Source: Macrostomum lignano
Lineage: Eukaryota
Length of the DNA: 64,000 nt
Assembly: GCA_002269645.1 (NCBI GenBank)
Contig: NIVC01000714.1
Span: 248,001-312,000, forward strand
Direction: 5' to 3'
Below the pieces are notes generated by a model. The model saw only the letters and a list, made by a program, of their open reading frames with translations, did no database searches and was not told where the DNA came from. How positions within the stretch are numbered: the first letter of the stretch is position 1; each line of letters starts with the position of its first letter. The position numbers and the translations under genes were made by a program. Below are positions 41,881 through 57,054 of this stretch, in pieces.

Positions 41881-42172
41881 TGGGCATGACTTCAGGGATC
41901 AGCGCAGATTTATATCTATTTGGCACTATAAAAACCAAAAGTGTCATTTTCGGACTTGTTATTGTTTATTGTTTTGTTATTGATTATTTTTCAATTAGGT
42001 ATACTCCATCTAGATCACTGTTTGCTGAGAGTTCAGGATCTACTAAATATCGTTACTCAGCAACATTGAAAAGTCGCCACTCTATGCGCCAGAGAGTAAT
42101 ATATTATTAGTGAGTGAGTTAAAATATTATAAATAAAAGATATGATATAAACTAATCAAGGTAGCTTTAATC

Positions 42173-42372
42173 CAGTGGTTCTCAATCTATGGGTCGCGAC
42201 CCCCAGTGGGGTTGCGTGACCATTTTCTGGGGGTCGCAGCACGAAGAAATGTGTGATTTTGTCATACATAATAATGCATTACATGTAGATTAATTTTAAA
42301 AGGGGTCGCGAACATTAAAAATGATGCAAGTGAATAAATTGGGGTCGCCTGAAAAAAGGTTGAGAACCGCTG
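42173..42372. mobile_element. hAT (Charlie-like) MITE, 200 bp
   Basis: TIRs CAGTGGTTCTCAA / TTGAGAACCGCTG, a perfect 8-bp TSD CTTTAATC (42165-72 and 42373-80), and internal GGGGTCGC subterminal motifs. Confidence 0.95.
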
Positions 42373-43039
42373 CTTTAATCCGTTCAACCCTCGCACACCG
42401 CTCCCCCACTTCATTCCTCAACTCAAGTCTGCCGCGTGGCGTTGCGTCACTCGCAAAGATTGAGAGACTTCACTTGCACTTTCAAAAGTGACGACCGCAG
42501 ACTTCTGTGATGGCGACTTTTCGATGTTGCTGAGATTTAGGAAGTTATTATAATTAACTTATGATTTACTTTTACTACTTAATTGTGTAATGCCTTTGTC
42601 TTAATCTTTAACCCACTCGATGCACTGTTAGTGATGAGTTATGTTGCCACACAGAATCGCCCATATCGCTTTTATCGCTTTTTATCACCTTCCTCCAGGC
42701 CATTCAGTCATGCTACTCTCGTCCTACCCTATAGGTAGTCTGTATCTCTACCTATTGTCCTATCTCGCGATCCTCTCCTTTACAGTATATCACTCTTCTG
42801 ATCTTTCATCACCCTAACCTACAGGAGTAGGGGGGGGGGGGGGAGATAGGGCGCATGAGGGCGGGAATCAGAGTTTTCGCAGACGGAAATCTTCCTAATG
42901 AAGTTTATTAAGCCTTTGAAAAGGCCTTTAACCCCCCCCCCAACTAAAACCGCACCTGCGTGTAATCCCACAAGGTGTAGTATATATAATGTATGAAACA
43001 ATATTTGATGTTTAATGTTTGAATGTCTAAATGTTTGCA

Positions 43040-45640
43040 AGACTGCCAGAAATCATAGAACCTAGAAAAGCTCATTTTTAATCTCAATCCACGATTCTTA
43101 ATTCCCTTTCCCAGAAGGGCATATGGCATCTTTTGCGAGAAACTTGAAAGACTGGGTCAGATATCATAATTCATAAGGCAGAGAGGAGCTTATGGCACCT
43201 TTTTCTAAATGTTTGAAAGACTGGATCATTTATCATAATTCATAAGGCAGAGAGGAGCTTATGGCACCTTTTTCTAAACGTTTGAAAGACTGGATCATCT
43301 ATCATAATTCATAAGGCAGAGAGGAGCTTGTTATGGCACCTTTTTCTAAATGTTTGAAAGACTGCCAGCTATCATAGAACCGTGAGAAGCTCATTTTTTA
43401 ATCTCAATCCCCGATTCCGAATCCCTATCCCTGATTCCTCATTTTGGAACCCGAATCCACAATTCCTAATTCCATATCCCTGGTTCCTCATGTTGGAACC
43501 CGAATCCACAATTCCTAATTCCATATCCCTGATTCCTCATTTTGGAACCCGAATCCACAATTTCTAATTCCATATCCCCGATTCCTCATTTTGGAATCCG
43601 AATCCACAATTCCTAATTCCATATCCCTGATTCCTCATTTTGGAACCCGAATCGGCAATTTCTAATTCCATATCCCCGATTCCTCATTTTGGAACCCGAA
43701 TCCACAATTTCTAATTCCATATCCCTGATTCCTCATGTTGGAATCTGAATCCACGATTCCTAATTCCATATCCCTGATTCCTCATTTTGGAATCCGAATC
43801 CACAATTCCTAAATCCCTATCCCTGATTCCTCATGTTGGAATCCGAATCCACGATTCTTAATTCCATATCCCTGATTCCTCATGTTGGAATCCGAATCCA
43901 CGATTCTTAATTCCATATCCCTGATTCCTCATGTTGGAATCCGAATCCACGATTCCTAATTCCATATCCCTGATTCCTCATGTTGGAATCCGAATCCACG
44001 ATTCCTAATTCAATATCCCTGATTCCTCATGTTGGAATCCGAATCCACAATTTCTAATTCCATATCCCCGATTCCTCATTTTGGAATCCGAATCCACAAT
44101 TCCTAATTCAATATCCCTGATTCCTCATGTTGGAATCCGAATCCACAATTCCTAATTCCATATCCCTGATTCCTCATGTTGGAATCCGAATCCACAATTC
44201 CTAATTCCATATCCCTGATTCCTCATGTTGGAATCCGAATCCACGATTCCTAATTCAATATCAGCTGATTCCTCATGTTGGAATCCGAATCCACGATTCT
44301 TAATTCCATATCCCTGATTCCTCATGTTGGAATCCGAATCCACGATTCTTAATTCCATATCCCTGATTCCTCATTTTGGAATCTGAATCCACGATTCCTA
44401 ATTCCATATCCCCGATTCCTCATTTTGGAACCCGAATCCACAATTTCTAATTCCATATCCCCGATTCCTCATTTTGGAACCCGAATCCACAATTTCTAAT
44501 TCCATATCCCTGATTCCTCATTTTGGAATCTGAATCCACGATTCCTAATTCCATATCCCTGATTCCTCATGTTGGAACCCGAATCCACGATTCCTAATTC
44601 CATATCCCTGATTCCTCATTTTGGAATCCGAATCCACGATTCTTAATTCCATATCCCTGATTCCTCATTTTGGAATCTGAATCCACGATTCCTAATTCCA
44701 TATCCCCGATTCCTCATGTTGGAATCTGAATCCACGATTCCTAATTCCATATCCCTGATTCCTCATGTTGGAATCCGAATCCACAATTTCTAATTCCATA
44801 TCCCCGATTCCTCATGTTGGAATCTGAATCCACGATTCCTAATTCCATATCCCCGATTCCTCATTTTGGAACCCGAATCCACAATTTCTAATTCAATATC
44901 CCTGACTCCTCATGTTGGAATCCGAATCCACGATTTCTAATTCCATATCCCCGATTCCTCATTTTGGAACCCGAATCCACAATTTCTAATTCCATATCCC
45001 CGATTCCTCATTTTGGAACCCGAATCCACAATTTCTAATTCCATATCCCCGATTCCTCATTTTGGAATCCGAATCCACGATTCTTAATTCCATATCCCTG
45101 ATTCCTCATTTTGGAACCCTAATCCACAATTTCTAATTCCATATCCCCGATTCCTCATTTTGGAATCCGAATCCACGATTCTTAATTCCATATCCCTGAT
45201 TCCTCATTTTGGAACCCTAATCCACAATTTCTAATTCCATATTCCGATTCCTCATTTTGGAATCCGAATCCACGATTTTTAGTTCCCTTTCCCAGAAAAG
45301 CATATGGCACCTTTTGCAAGAAACTTGAAAGACTGGGTCAGATATCATAATTCATAAGGCAGAGAGGAGCTTATGGCACCTTTTTCTAAATGTTTGAAAG
45401 ACTGCCAGCTATCATAGAACCGTGAGAAGCTCATTTTTTTTATCTCAATCCCCGATTCCGAATCCCTATCCCTGATTCCTCGTTTTGGAACCCGAATCCA
45501 CAATTCCTAAATCCATATCCCTGATTCCTCATGTTGGAATCTGAATCCACGATTTCTAAATTTATATCCCTGGTTCCTCATGTTGGAATCCGAATCCACG
45601 ATTTCTAATTACTTATCCCTGATAAGATGCACTTGTTTAT
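43040..45640. repeat. 49-bp satellite (TTCCATATCCCTGATTCCTCATGTTGGAATCCGAATCCACGATTCCTAA) with a duplicated unique flank
   Basis: Period 49 (43862/43911). The main array is at ~43400-45260; the unique block ~43100-43420 is repeated at ~45280-45470 and followed by a few more units. Confidence 0.95.
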
Positions 45641-45929
45641 ATCCCTCAGAGGGGAATGGTGAGGGGAAGCTTCTGACGTTCTAGTTTCTTTAGCTATACA
45701 AGTAAATATAGATGTAGTCTTCGCATAAATATTTATGGCACCTTTTATCGAAAGGTTTGAAAGCCTTTAATCGGTTTTTGGTAGAAGAAAATGACAAGTC
45801 AAAGTGGCTGTCAAACCATAAACTCAAGCCAGACTTGTCCACAAACGTGTCCGCAAAATTCGGCAAAAAGCCTTGGGACTGCGCCTGTATGTGTATTCTA
45901 ATATGAAAACACAGCTAATAAAAGCAAAA

Positions 45930-46700
45930 AAAGAAGCGTCATGTATAAATGAAAGAAGCGTCATGCAAACAATCATAGAAGCGTCATGTAAACGATCATA
46001 GAAGCGTCATGTCAACAATCATGGAAGCGTCATGTAAAAAAGCATAGAAGCGTCCGGTAAAAATCATAGAAGCGTCATGTAAACAATCATAGAAGCGTCA
46101 TGTAAAAAATCATAGAAGCGTCATGTAAACAATCATAGAAGCGTCATGTAAAAAATCATAGAAGCGTCGTGTAAACAATCATAGAAGCGTCATGTAAAAA
46201 TCATAGAAGCGTCATGTAAAAAATCATAGAAGCGTCATGTAAAAATCATAGAAGCATCGTGTAAAAAATCATAGAAGCGTCATGTAAAAAATCATAGAAG
46301 CGTCATGTAAACAATCATAGAAGCGTCATGTAAAAAATCATAGAAGCGTCATGTAAACAATCATAGAAGCGTCATGTAAAAAATCATAGAAGCGTCATGT
46401 AAAAATCATAGAAGCGTCATGTAAAAATCATAGAAGCGTCATGTAAACAATCATAGAAGCGTCATGTAAAAAATCATAGAAGCGTCATGTAAACAATCAT
46501 ATAAGCGTCATGTAAACAATCATAGAAGCGTCATGTAAAAAATCATAAAAGCGTCCGGTAAAAATAACAGAGGCGTCATGTAGAAAAGAAAATGAGCTTT
46601 ATGTAAAAATGAAAAAAGTAAAAAAATGTAAAAAAATAGAAGCATTACGTAAAAATCAATAAGCATCATGTAAAAAGAAGCGTCATGTCAAAAAGTAGCG
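45930..46700. repeat. 23-bp satellite (TCATGTAAAAAATCATAGAAGCG)
   Basis: About 28 units; the reverse complement resembles the 9020-11335 unit. Confidence 0.95.
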
Positions 46701-47075
46701 TCATTTCAAAATAAAAGAAGAGTCACGTGAAACTGTGCTGTGACTCTTGAGGAGAATTACTAAAATGTCAAGGCTCACGGGGAATAACTGAGATGTACTC
46801 GTAAATGCTTATGAGGGATTTTTGAGATGTCTAGGTAAAATTCAGAAGCTACATGTAGTTTATTCACTTTTTTATTACATTCTTTGTTAGTTCCCACGAG
46901 GGGCGCTAATAGAAGAAGCGTCATTTTAAACAGATGAAAGTAGATATAAAAGAAGAGTCATGTCGAAGTTAGGAGATTCATTTGGGAATCGCTACGATGT
47001 CAAGGCTTGGAGGAATTGCTATAATGCTGTAATGTTATAATGACTCTTGGGGAGAATTACTAAAATGGCAATGCT

Positions 47076-47111
47076 TTAGGGTTAGGGTTAGGGTTAGGGT
47101 TAGGGTTAGGG
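47076..47111 (+). repeat. Interstitial telomere-type repeat (TTAGGG)6
   Basis: Six perfect TTAGGG units. Confidence 0.9.
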
Positions 47112-48151
47112 TTGACAGATTTTTTAAGATTTCAAGGCTTATGGGGGTCATCGCTCAGATTTCAAGGGGGGGGGTTGATATGTTAAGACTTGTGGGGGGA
47201 GGAATTGCTGAGATGTCAACGCTTACAAGCGATTGCTGAGGTTATTGCAAAGAGACACTACAATCTACATGTAGTTTATTAAAAAAACTCGTACTGCATT
47301 TTTTGGCTCCCCAAGGGGGGGGGCGCTGATTGCTAGTTAAATTCTGAAAATATGAACCACGAAAAGACAGGAGCAGTTGAAACTGAAAAATAACAAAACT
47401 TAGTTCGTATCATATCGGCCATCGGGTGTTTCATAGTCTAAATCTGGGATAAAAGTAATCAAACTGGTTTTAAATAAACATTCATCTGCTTCTCATTTTC
47501 TATTAATGTTGCTATGGTGACCAAAGTATCCAGGTATCCAGGCGATATCCAAGTGCAGGTTTGTGGTGCCCCTATGACATCGCAGCGGCCAGGCCATAGG
47601 CGTTGTACATCCTGGGCTCCAGGTCCGGCTGGACAAAGAATGCCGGCAGCCGAGTGGCCAGGCGGCAATCTCGCCCTCTGCACTCCGGCAACGGCAGAGC
47701 GCGCTAGAAGCCCTCGTAGCGATCGGGCAGAATCTGGATGAGAGTGCAAAATGTGTTTTTGACTGGTTGGTTTCGTTGCTTCGATACATGTCGGCTGTTT
47801 TGTGATATTAATTTACAGTTTCTAAGGTTGTAACTTGTTTCATCAATGATTTAACGGCCCAGCCTTGCTTGCGTCAAAAACTGTAGAATTTTAGCAAAGT
47901 AAATCAGTATGTCGATTACTAGCCACGGTAAATTCTAGTACCTAGGAAGAAGTACCTAGGTATCCAGGTAATAAAAGTTCCTAGGGAGCGCTGGGAGGAG
48001 TGGCGCTCCCACCAGACCCCTAAATCCGCGCCCCTGGCTACAGCTGTTGCGAAATATTTTAAAAGTGTCATTTTTAGTCAGTTCAGTATACTTCAGTATT
48101 TCTGTTTTACTGAACTTTTATACTTCGCAATTCAATTTACGAGGGGTGTTA

Positions 48152-48366
48152 ATTCAGAAGTACAATTCAGAAGTACAATTCAGAAGTACAATTCAGAAGT
48201 ACAATTCAGAAGTACAATTCAGAAGTACAATTCAGAAGTACAATTCAGAAGTACAATTCAGAAGTACAATTCAGAAGTACAATTCAGAAGTACAATTCAG
48301 AAGTACAATTCAGAAGTACAATTCAGAAGTACAATTCAGAAGTACAATTCAGAAGTACAATTCAGA
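48152..48366. repeat. 13-bp perfect minisatellite (AATTCAGAAGTAC)
   Basis: About 16 perfect units. Confidence 0.97.
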
Positions 48367-49995
48367 ATTTACGATACAGTTGTAATCAGATAAGGATTTA
48401 TGGATTCCGACTGGGGCTATTTGTTTTAGACGAGTCAATTATGGATGGAATGTGCTTATCTGTTGTGGTAGGATGCAATGACTCACTAGGCGGCGCCGCC
48501 AAGCATCAGAACGTGGCCGCCGGCCGGCCATCGTCGCGGAACGCCATCTTAGCGGACAAAATCAGCGATGGCCTCGTTCAGCAGGGGAGGTGAACAGCGT
48601 CCCGAGTAGCCAAACCACGGCTAGCCAGCCATGAGGTCTGCTGGCAGCGGATTCTGTCACCTGCGGGTTGATTGCGGCGGATTGCGTTTAGTGCAACCTG
48701 AGCAACTGTAAATTAAAATCACAAAACAGCCGATATGTATCGAAGGGCGATATTTTTTCAGAAAGGGTATCAGAGTATCGCTTTTAACCGATACTTTTTC
48801 TGAGTATCTTGCCCAACACTGGGTAATTATTATCCCTTTTTAATTGTTTCTTTTCTACCATTTTTGTTTTATTTTCAAAGTTTTATCTTAAATACGAGCG
48901 GGTCCGAAAGATCAGTTTGCTCTAGTGTAAACAGAATTCCAAACAATATTATCGCTTTGCTTAAAATGCTAACATTCAGTATCTATTTGTACTCCAGCAT
49001 AAGATCAATTTATTTGACTACTTTACTCTTTATTTGACTTCCTAAACTAGAAAAGGAAATAAGATCATACAGCAACCACAATTCAAGTATTTCAGGGCCA
49101 ATGAAGTGCCAAAGGGGGCGCCAGATTGCCAGAATTTAACGAACGTGAGATTTTGAATATCCGCGTGAATTTAAATTTTGTTCAAATTCCTAATTTTTTA
49201 ACTTTGTGCGGAAATTCAAAATTTATTTTTCCGCCTTTATTGACAATATTTACAAACGGATGCAGTATACGAGTATTGAAAATAAAGATAACTGCTAAAG
49301 GACAAGTCCAATCTATAGAAATTAGAAAACTGGGACTCAGCGATTCTGCGAATTAGGAAATTAGCCTGTCTGTCAATTTTAGAATAACTCGCTTAGTACC
49401 TTACTTTGCTAAGTTTGTTTTTTTTAAATCTTTTACGTTTGAAACGAAATGGATGGCTAGTCGTCCTCACTTCTTGCGCCTGTACTATTTTTCTTTGACC
49501 ATATTTCCACCTTTAAGGTTTTGGAAGAATATAAGATATTCCTAGCATATTGCAATTATAAGCTAGACATAAAAGAAAATACAATGAGTACAATGCAAAT
49601 TAAGAACCAACGTTTGCTTACCTTTGGAATAAAGAAATAACAAAAGCCTTACGAGCGTATTAAGAATAAATCTGAAGATCTTAAAGATTCAACTGAGTCA
49701 AATAGTTTGATAAATGATATGTATTAAAAAGTAGAAACTATACGTTGAATGAAACGCGTTTCTTTAAAGAATACAATTCCTTGCAGCTTAAAACGTAATG
49801 CGTTCTAGGAGTTTTTTAATTTTGGGAGAGTTGGGAAAGACAAAGAGCCGTCTTCATCCAGCATACATTAATATACGAGAAATGAGTCACGGATGTGCAG
49901 TGTTTTCAGCTAGCTTCATTGCTAGTACAGTGCTAGTACGCTAGTGCGCACTGGCGTTCCACACTCACCCAACACCCACCCCACCTCTCCCTCTC

Positions 49996-50100
49996 CGCTC
50001 GTGGGCTGGCCCCCGCTAAGGGAGCCCATCCCACCGTGGGCTGGGTCCCGTTAACGGGCTATTTTTAGCGTGGGATGGGCTCCGCTAGCGGCGGGCCGTT
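49996..50100. repeat. GC-rich Y-hairpin module, copy 2
   Basis: Perfect 14-bp inverted repeat GGAGCCCATCCCAC (50021-34) / GTGGGATGGGCTCC (50070-83), enclosing the palindromes CCCGTTAACGGG and GCTATTTTTAGC. Confidence 0.85.
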
Positions 50101-52344
50101 AGGTGCTCTGCGCGTTCTCTCTCTAGCTTCGATCGATAAATTCCAAGCTTAGGCAGCACTCTGGTTGGCTGATTCAACCTCCCCCACCCTCACGGCCCCA
50201 CCTACCCCCCCCCAGGCCCAAAACTCCAGTTAGGAAAAGGACACAAAAACCTTCCTTCCCTTGCGTTGTTTGTTCGTCTGCTCTGCTGTTCCACTTAGCT
50301 CCCGCATTTTAACCTAGGCCTCCGGTATGTATTAGCCAAAGGATTCCAAATCCCGCGTCTGATTCCTTTTCTTTCCTAAGAGTGTTCTCTATCCCCTCTC
50401 TCATGTTGGAAAAGCCAGTGAACCAACGTAAGTTGTGTCATCGAAGTCATATTTAACTAACAACTCCACGTTACACCCTTGCCTTACACTACGGCTTGTA
50501 CTTTGCCGGTTGTCATTTTGATTTGAATACTCTACTAGCAAACAAAGAAGCTAGTCTTAATTATAAAAACTTTTTTAGAAAAAATGACTCCAAACCAATT
50601 GACGTCTTATCTGACAGTACTGGAAAGCTAATTGGCTTAGCAAATCTAGCTATTTAAAGCAAACGCCCTCGCTCTAATACTGTCAGGTAATGATGTCTAT
50701 TGAAGGAGTATTCGCCAAGTGTTTGCCAATTGTTACCATTCTGTCCATCTTGCAGTTTGTAAATGCTACCATGGACAACTCTAGTTGTCCATGAATGCTA
50801 TCGCATTCAAGTCGCCAGCTAGTTGGCCAAGCCTAAGCCTAAGATATGCACGTTTACCCAGCCACTGTTTATATTTCGCCATAATAGGAACTAAATTTTT
50901 GTCAAATAAATCCATATAAAAATGACGGCATTGGGCGTTAGACTTAACATGATTTACCGTGTTTTGGAATTTTGTGCAGACTGCGGACTCGTGTTATTTG
51001 TTGCTCACTGCAAAAGCAAAATATCTCTTTTAAACTACAATCTGCAACTGCTTTGCTATAACAAGTATCAACGTCGTAGTTAATTTTAGCGATCAAGTTT
51101 TCTCCAATTCTAATTTCTAATATGATATGGCCATACCATCATAGGTGAGCACAAAATCAAGCTGAAACTTGGAATTAACTACAATTACAATGCGCCATAT
51201 CAGTGCCCAATAATTTGCCGATAATTAAACAATTAAACTAATTTTACAGATAAGAAAATATAAAGATAATGGAAAGAGTAAGACGAAGGAATGAATAAAC
51301 AGGAACAGATTACAGAGAATAAGAAATAAAAAATCATGGGTAATTAATTTATCATGTCAGAAAAGTAGTAAAATATGTTTGTATGCTAATACTAAGTAAT
51401 ACATCACATCAATACCGCAGCGATAGCTAAGATCTTCCGCCTTGCTGTCTGGGACTCGGAGAGCTACTACTACTACACTACTGTTCTTCGCACACTTCTG
51501 TGGTGATTTTTGCTCCCGTCCCGACTCCCAATCCCAACTCGGCAGTGTATATTTATGCAGTCAAAGTGAGTTACGAGCGTATTTCCGATATGCCCGCTAC
51601 GTGTATGCGTTATACTAACACTATTTTTATAATACATGTATGGGTGTAGATGCGCATAAAGAAAGTAGACTATAATATAATAAGTACATATATCAATTCT
51701 ATCCGAGTCTGTTTGCCTGAGAATTATTAAGCAATACAATTTCGATGGTAGCACACCTTTAAAATGTACTTGAAGGTGTTTTTTTATGCTGAGAATATGC
51801 TAATGCTGATATAATGGATAGGCTGCACAGAGTTAAAACGAGCTAAAACGTCTAGGCGCCGAAGCGTTGTATATGGTTTGTTTCTGCCTCTGCGTGTACC
51901 TGTACGTTAGTATTGATGTATTGGTGTTGCAGTTAGCGCGCCAAGTGAGGATTTACCACAGACAGTCTCTCTCAAGGCGTGCGCCACACAGTCACACACT
52001 GTGACACTGGCTTTGCTCTGAACCAAAAGGTTTATTGGCCATAGACGTTTTCAGCGGGGGCTGTCGTGCGCTTCAACCTCTTTCTAACACGCGTACAAGT
52101 ATGTACATGTAAGTGAAACGATTCTTAGTCCTCCTACAACAATGAAATTGCCATAGACGTTGCTCCTCTGGAAAAGGATTGGACTGGGAAATAGAAATAA
52201 ATAAGCGAGAAAAACATGTACGCTTCTGCTTACTGCCCAAGTTAAATGACTACATGTACATATAAATCAGGGGTCGCGGCAATCGACTGCCCGCGAAGCC
52301 TCTCTAACCGGCCCTCGGCTCCTTTGTGAAACTTTGCAATAGCA

Positions 52345-52635
52345 ATCCGGCCTGTTCAAGGTTTGAGTCTCTTCTCAGCTAACTCTTCTTTTCTCTCGCT
52401 GTCGCCTCCCTCTCTTCTCCACCAGTCTCTCCTCTTCCAATTCCCAATTTTCTCACCTCTCCTTCGCTCTCCTCTTCCCCTCTCCTCTCTCTTCCCCTTT
52501 CTCACCTCTCCTCTCCTCTCTCTCCCTCTCCTCTCTCTCCCCTCTCGTCTCTCCCTCTCCTCTCCTCTCTTCTTTCCACTCTCATCTGGCCACAACCATA
52601 AGCTGGAGCTGGATTCTTTATCTGGCCCTCGAGGT
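52345..52635 (+). mobile_element. CT-microsatellite element copy (same family as 16483-16624 and 62275-62598)
   Basis: GGCCTGTTCAAGGTTTGAGTCTCTTCTCAGCT, then a CT tract, then CTGGCC..CCAT..TTCTTTATCTGGCCCTCGAGG. Confidence 0.6.
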
Positions 52636-52799
52636 GTTTCGCCGACCTCTAGACAAAATGAAACTTCATGCATATACTTACATGAATGTACATGTACATC
52701 AGAGGGTTATAAACTGCAATGCATGAAATCTTCTACATGTATATGGTGGCATGGTCATATGCATATGTACAATTGTACATGTATTCGGTAGTCTAAACA

Positions 52800-53830
52800 A
52801 GGGAGGTGCTAGAGACCAGAAGTGTGCTACATGTAAAAGAAGAAGGGGTGCTACAAGCAGAAGGGGTGATAAGCAGGAGTGCTAGAAGCAGAAGGGGTAC
52901 TAAAAGCAGAAGAAGTGCTAGAAGCACCGGATGCTAGAAGCAGAAGGGGTGCTAAGCAAAAGTGCTAGAAGCAGAAGGGGTGCTAAGCAGGAGTGCTAGA
53001 AGCAGAAGGGGTGCTACAAGCAAAAGAGGCGCTAGAAGCAGAAGGAGTGCTATGGAAGTAGAAGGGGTGCTAAGCAAGAGTGCTAAAAGCAGAAGGGGTG
53101 CTAAGCAAGAGTGCTAAAAGCTGAATGGGTGCTAAGCAAGAGTGCTAGAAGTAGAAGGGGTGCTACAAGCAGAAGGGGTGCTAGAAGCAGAAAGGGTACT
53201 AAAAGCAGGAGTGTTAGAAGCAGAAGGGGTGCTAAGCAGGAGTGCAGAAGGGGTGTTACAAGCAGAAGGGGTGCTAAGCAGGAGTGCTAGAAGCAGAAGG
53301 GGTGCTACAAGCAAAAGAGGCGCTAGAAGCAGAAGGAGTGCTATGGAAGTAGAAGGGGTGCTAAGCAAGAGTGCTAAAAGCAGAAGGGGTGCTAAGCAAG
53401 AGTGCTAAAAGCTGAATGGGTGCTAAGCAAGAGTGCTAGAAGTAGAAGGGGTGCTACAAGCAGAAGGGGTGCTAGAAGCAGAAAGGGTACTAAAAGCAGG
53501 AGTGTTAGAAGCAGAAGGGGTGCTAAGCAGGAGTGCAGAAGGGGTGTTACAAGCAGAAGGGGTGCTAGAAGCAGGAGTGCTAGAAGTAGAAGGGGTGCTA
53601 AGCAAGAGTGCTAGAAGCGGAAGGGGTGCTAAAATCAGGAGTGCTAGAAGCAGAAGGGTGCTAGAAGCAGGAGGGGTGCTAGAAGCAGAAGGGGTACTAG
53701 AAGCAGAAGGGGTGCTAGAAGCAGAAGGGGTACTAGGAGCAGAAGGGGTACTAGAAGCAGAAGGGGTGCTAGATGTATATAAGAAGTCAGGTGTGCTGGA
53801 AGTCAGAAGTGTTTTTAGCAGCAGAAGGAA
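52800..53830. repeat. Purine-rich satellite (GCTAGAAGCAGAAGGGGT-type units) with a 291-bp higher-order duplication
   Basis: ~15-18-bp units; identical blocks start at 53142 and 53433. Confidence 0.95.
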
Positions 53831-54554
53831 TGCTAGAAGCAAAAGGTGAGCTACATGAAGACGCTCCTGAAGCACATGAAGCAGCTACAGGGCTCATGAA
53901 ATTTTGAGCACTATCGCTATCATTCAAGCTTTGCTTTTGCTTTGCTTGCAATGGCGAGGGTCTTTGCTTGTGCCTGCCAATGCATATTTGCCGTACATTA
54001 AGCATGCAGGCTCCTACACCACACACAGGCGCTTCCGCATTGCTTTTTCATGAAAAGCATTCAACAATGAGCACTCACTCCTGGGCGAAAACGGGAAACT
54101 TGTTTTTTTTCTGCAACTCAACTAAAAAGCAATTGTCAATTCTGTTCAAGAATTGCCCTAGAATTGCCCTGTAGCTGTGTATGCTATCCTGCTACCGGTC
54201 CATTCAGTCTCTTTGTTTCCTTTGTCTTCATCAGAATGAAAGTCTCTCTGTGGGGTTCTATCCATCAACCCATCAATTCCATTGCCTGAAATCTTCGTTG
54301 CTTATGCAGACAGAAACATGATTGAAAACTTCTTACCGGAACAACAGTGGCAGCTGGAATTTTCCATTGTTCCTGAGCCCGCTGCTGCACCAGCACCGGC
54401 ACACAACGGCAACGAGGACCTGGCAGGTGTTTTTAGGAAGCTTCCTAAAAACGCTATATTTTTACCCACCGACAAACCTCTGCCGCTGATGTTTGCTGAG
54501 ATGTGAGAAAAACTATCCATAGCTCGTATTCTATTTTATCTACATGTATCTATC

Positions 54555-55821
<1,267 letters not shown>

Positions 55822-56627
55822 ATCATTCATCTATCTACGAGTATTTTTGTTATTTCTTTTACTGAAAATATTTTATGAGATAAAATTAAAATATTTGCTT
55901 AGTTACCTGTAGACTACTATGAGTAGAAGATTGTGAACAAGGAATGTCGAAATTAATAAGGCAAGTCACTCTGCCTATATGTCATCATCCTATTTGTGCC
56001 AGATATCAATTCGTAGCGGTCGTAAACTTTTGATACTAATTTTGTTTTTGTTTATCGCGCTGCAAAACTGTGCGCTTCTAACTTGCTTGCTTCTGCTCCG
56101 GGAGAGGCCACAACAAGCGCAAAAAAGTGGGTACAGCTTACAGCACAGCAGTACAGACTTGTAGTTTATGCTGTCTCCCAACAAATGCAAATATTAGTAA
56201 ACTGCCGATCGAAGTATTAATGCATACAGTGGGAAGAGTTGCATTGGAAATTTCTTGACTTGTCGGGTCCTGAACTGCACTGCCCCTCCGCCTGAATTCA
56301 GCTGGCACTAATCTTATGGCCGCTTTGGACTGGAGTTGCGGGGGGGACTCTGGCTGGGGGCTGCTGCGCCTATGCAGTAATGTATAGTATGTAACTTCTT
56401 TACTCTTAAAACGAACTAGAGGCATGGATGTCTAGAATTAGAGATCTGGACCAGAAACAGAGCTCTTAATTTGGGTGTAAAAATTAATATTTAAAAGCGA
56501 TAGTTCAATCTAATATAATGTATATTTAATAATATAGTGTATGTAACTTGTTTGTAACTTGTCAGCCACAGATCAGCTGGAAAAAGTAGGACTGAACCTT
56601 TCTGGAGCCTAATCAGATGAAATGGCG

Positions 56628-56836
56628 CCTGGGCGCCAGCACCAAGTGGCGCCAGCACCAAGTGGCGCCAGCACCAAGTGGCGCCAGCACCAAGTGGCGC
56701 CAGCACCAAGTGGCGCCAGCACCAAGTGGCGCCAGCACCAAGTGGCGCCAGCACCAAGTGGCGCCAGCACCAAGTGTCGCCAGCACCAAGTGTCGCCAGC
56801 ACCAAGTGGCGCCAGCACCAAGTGGCGCCAGCACCA
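56628..56836. repeat. 16-bp minisatellite (GGCGCCAGCACCAAGT)
   Basis: About 13 units. Confidence 0.95.
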
Positions 56837-57054
56837 AGTCTTCACCAGGGCCAGGCTCACTCACCTCGGGCCAAACCCGGTTCTCTCCGACGTTTGCAGG
56901 CCCGAGAGTATCCCACCGCTCGCCCGGTACCTCAGGGACACGGGACGAGCTGATTTCTTCCCTTGAGCGACATCACTTCGATGGAAGTCTTTGGTCGCCA
57001 GGGGCTAAAGGAATGGGCGGTCGGACGATGCCCCCTGCAGCTAAGTCAAGTCAG

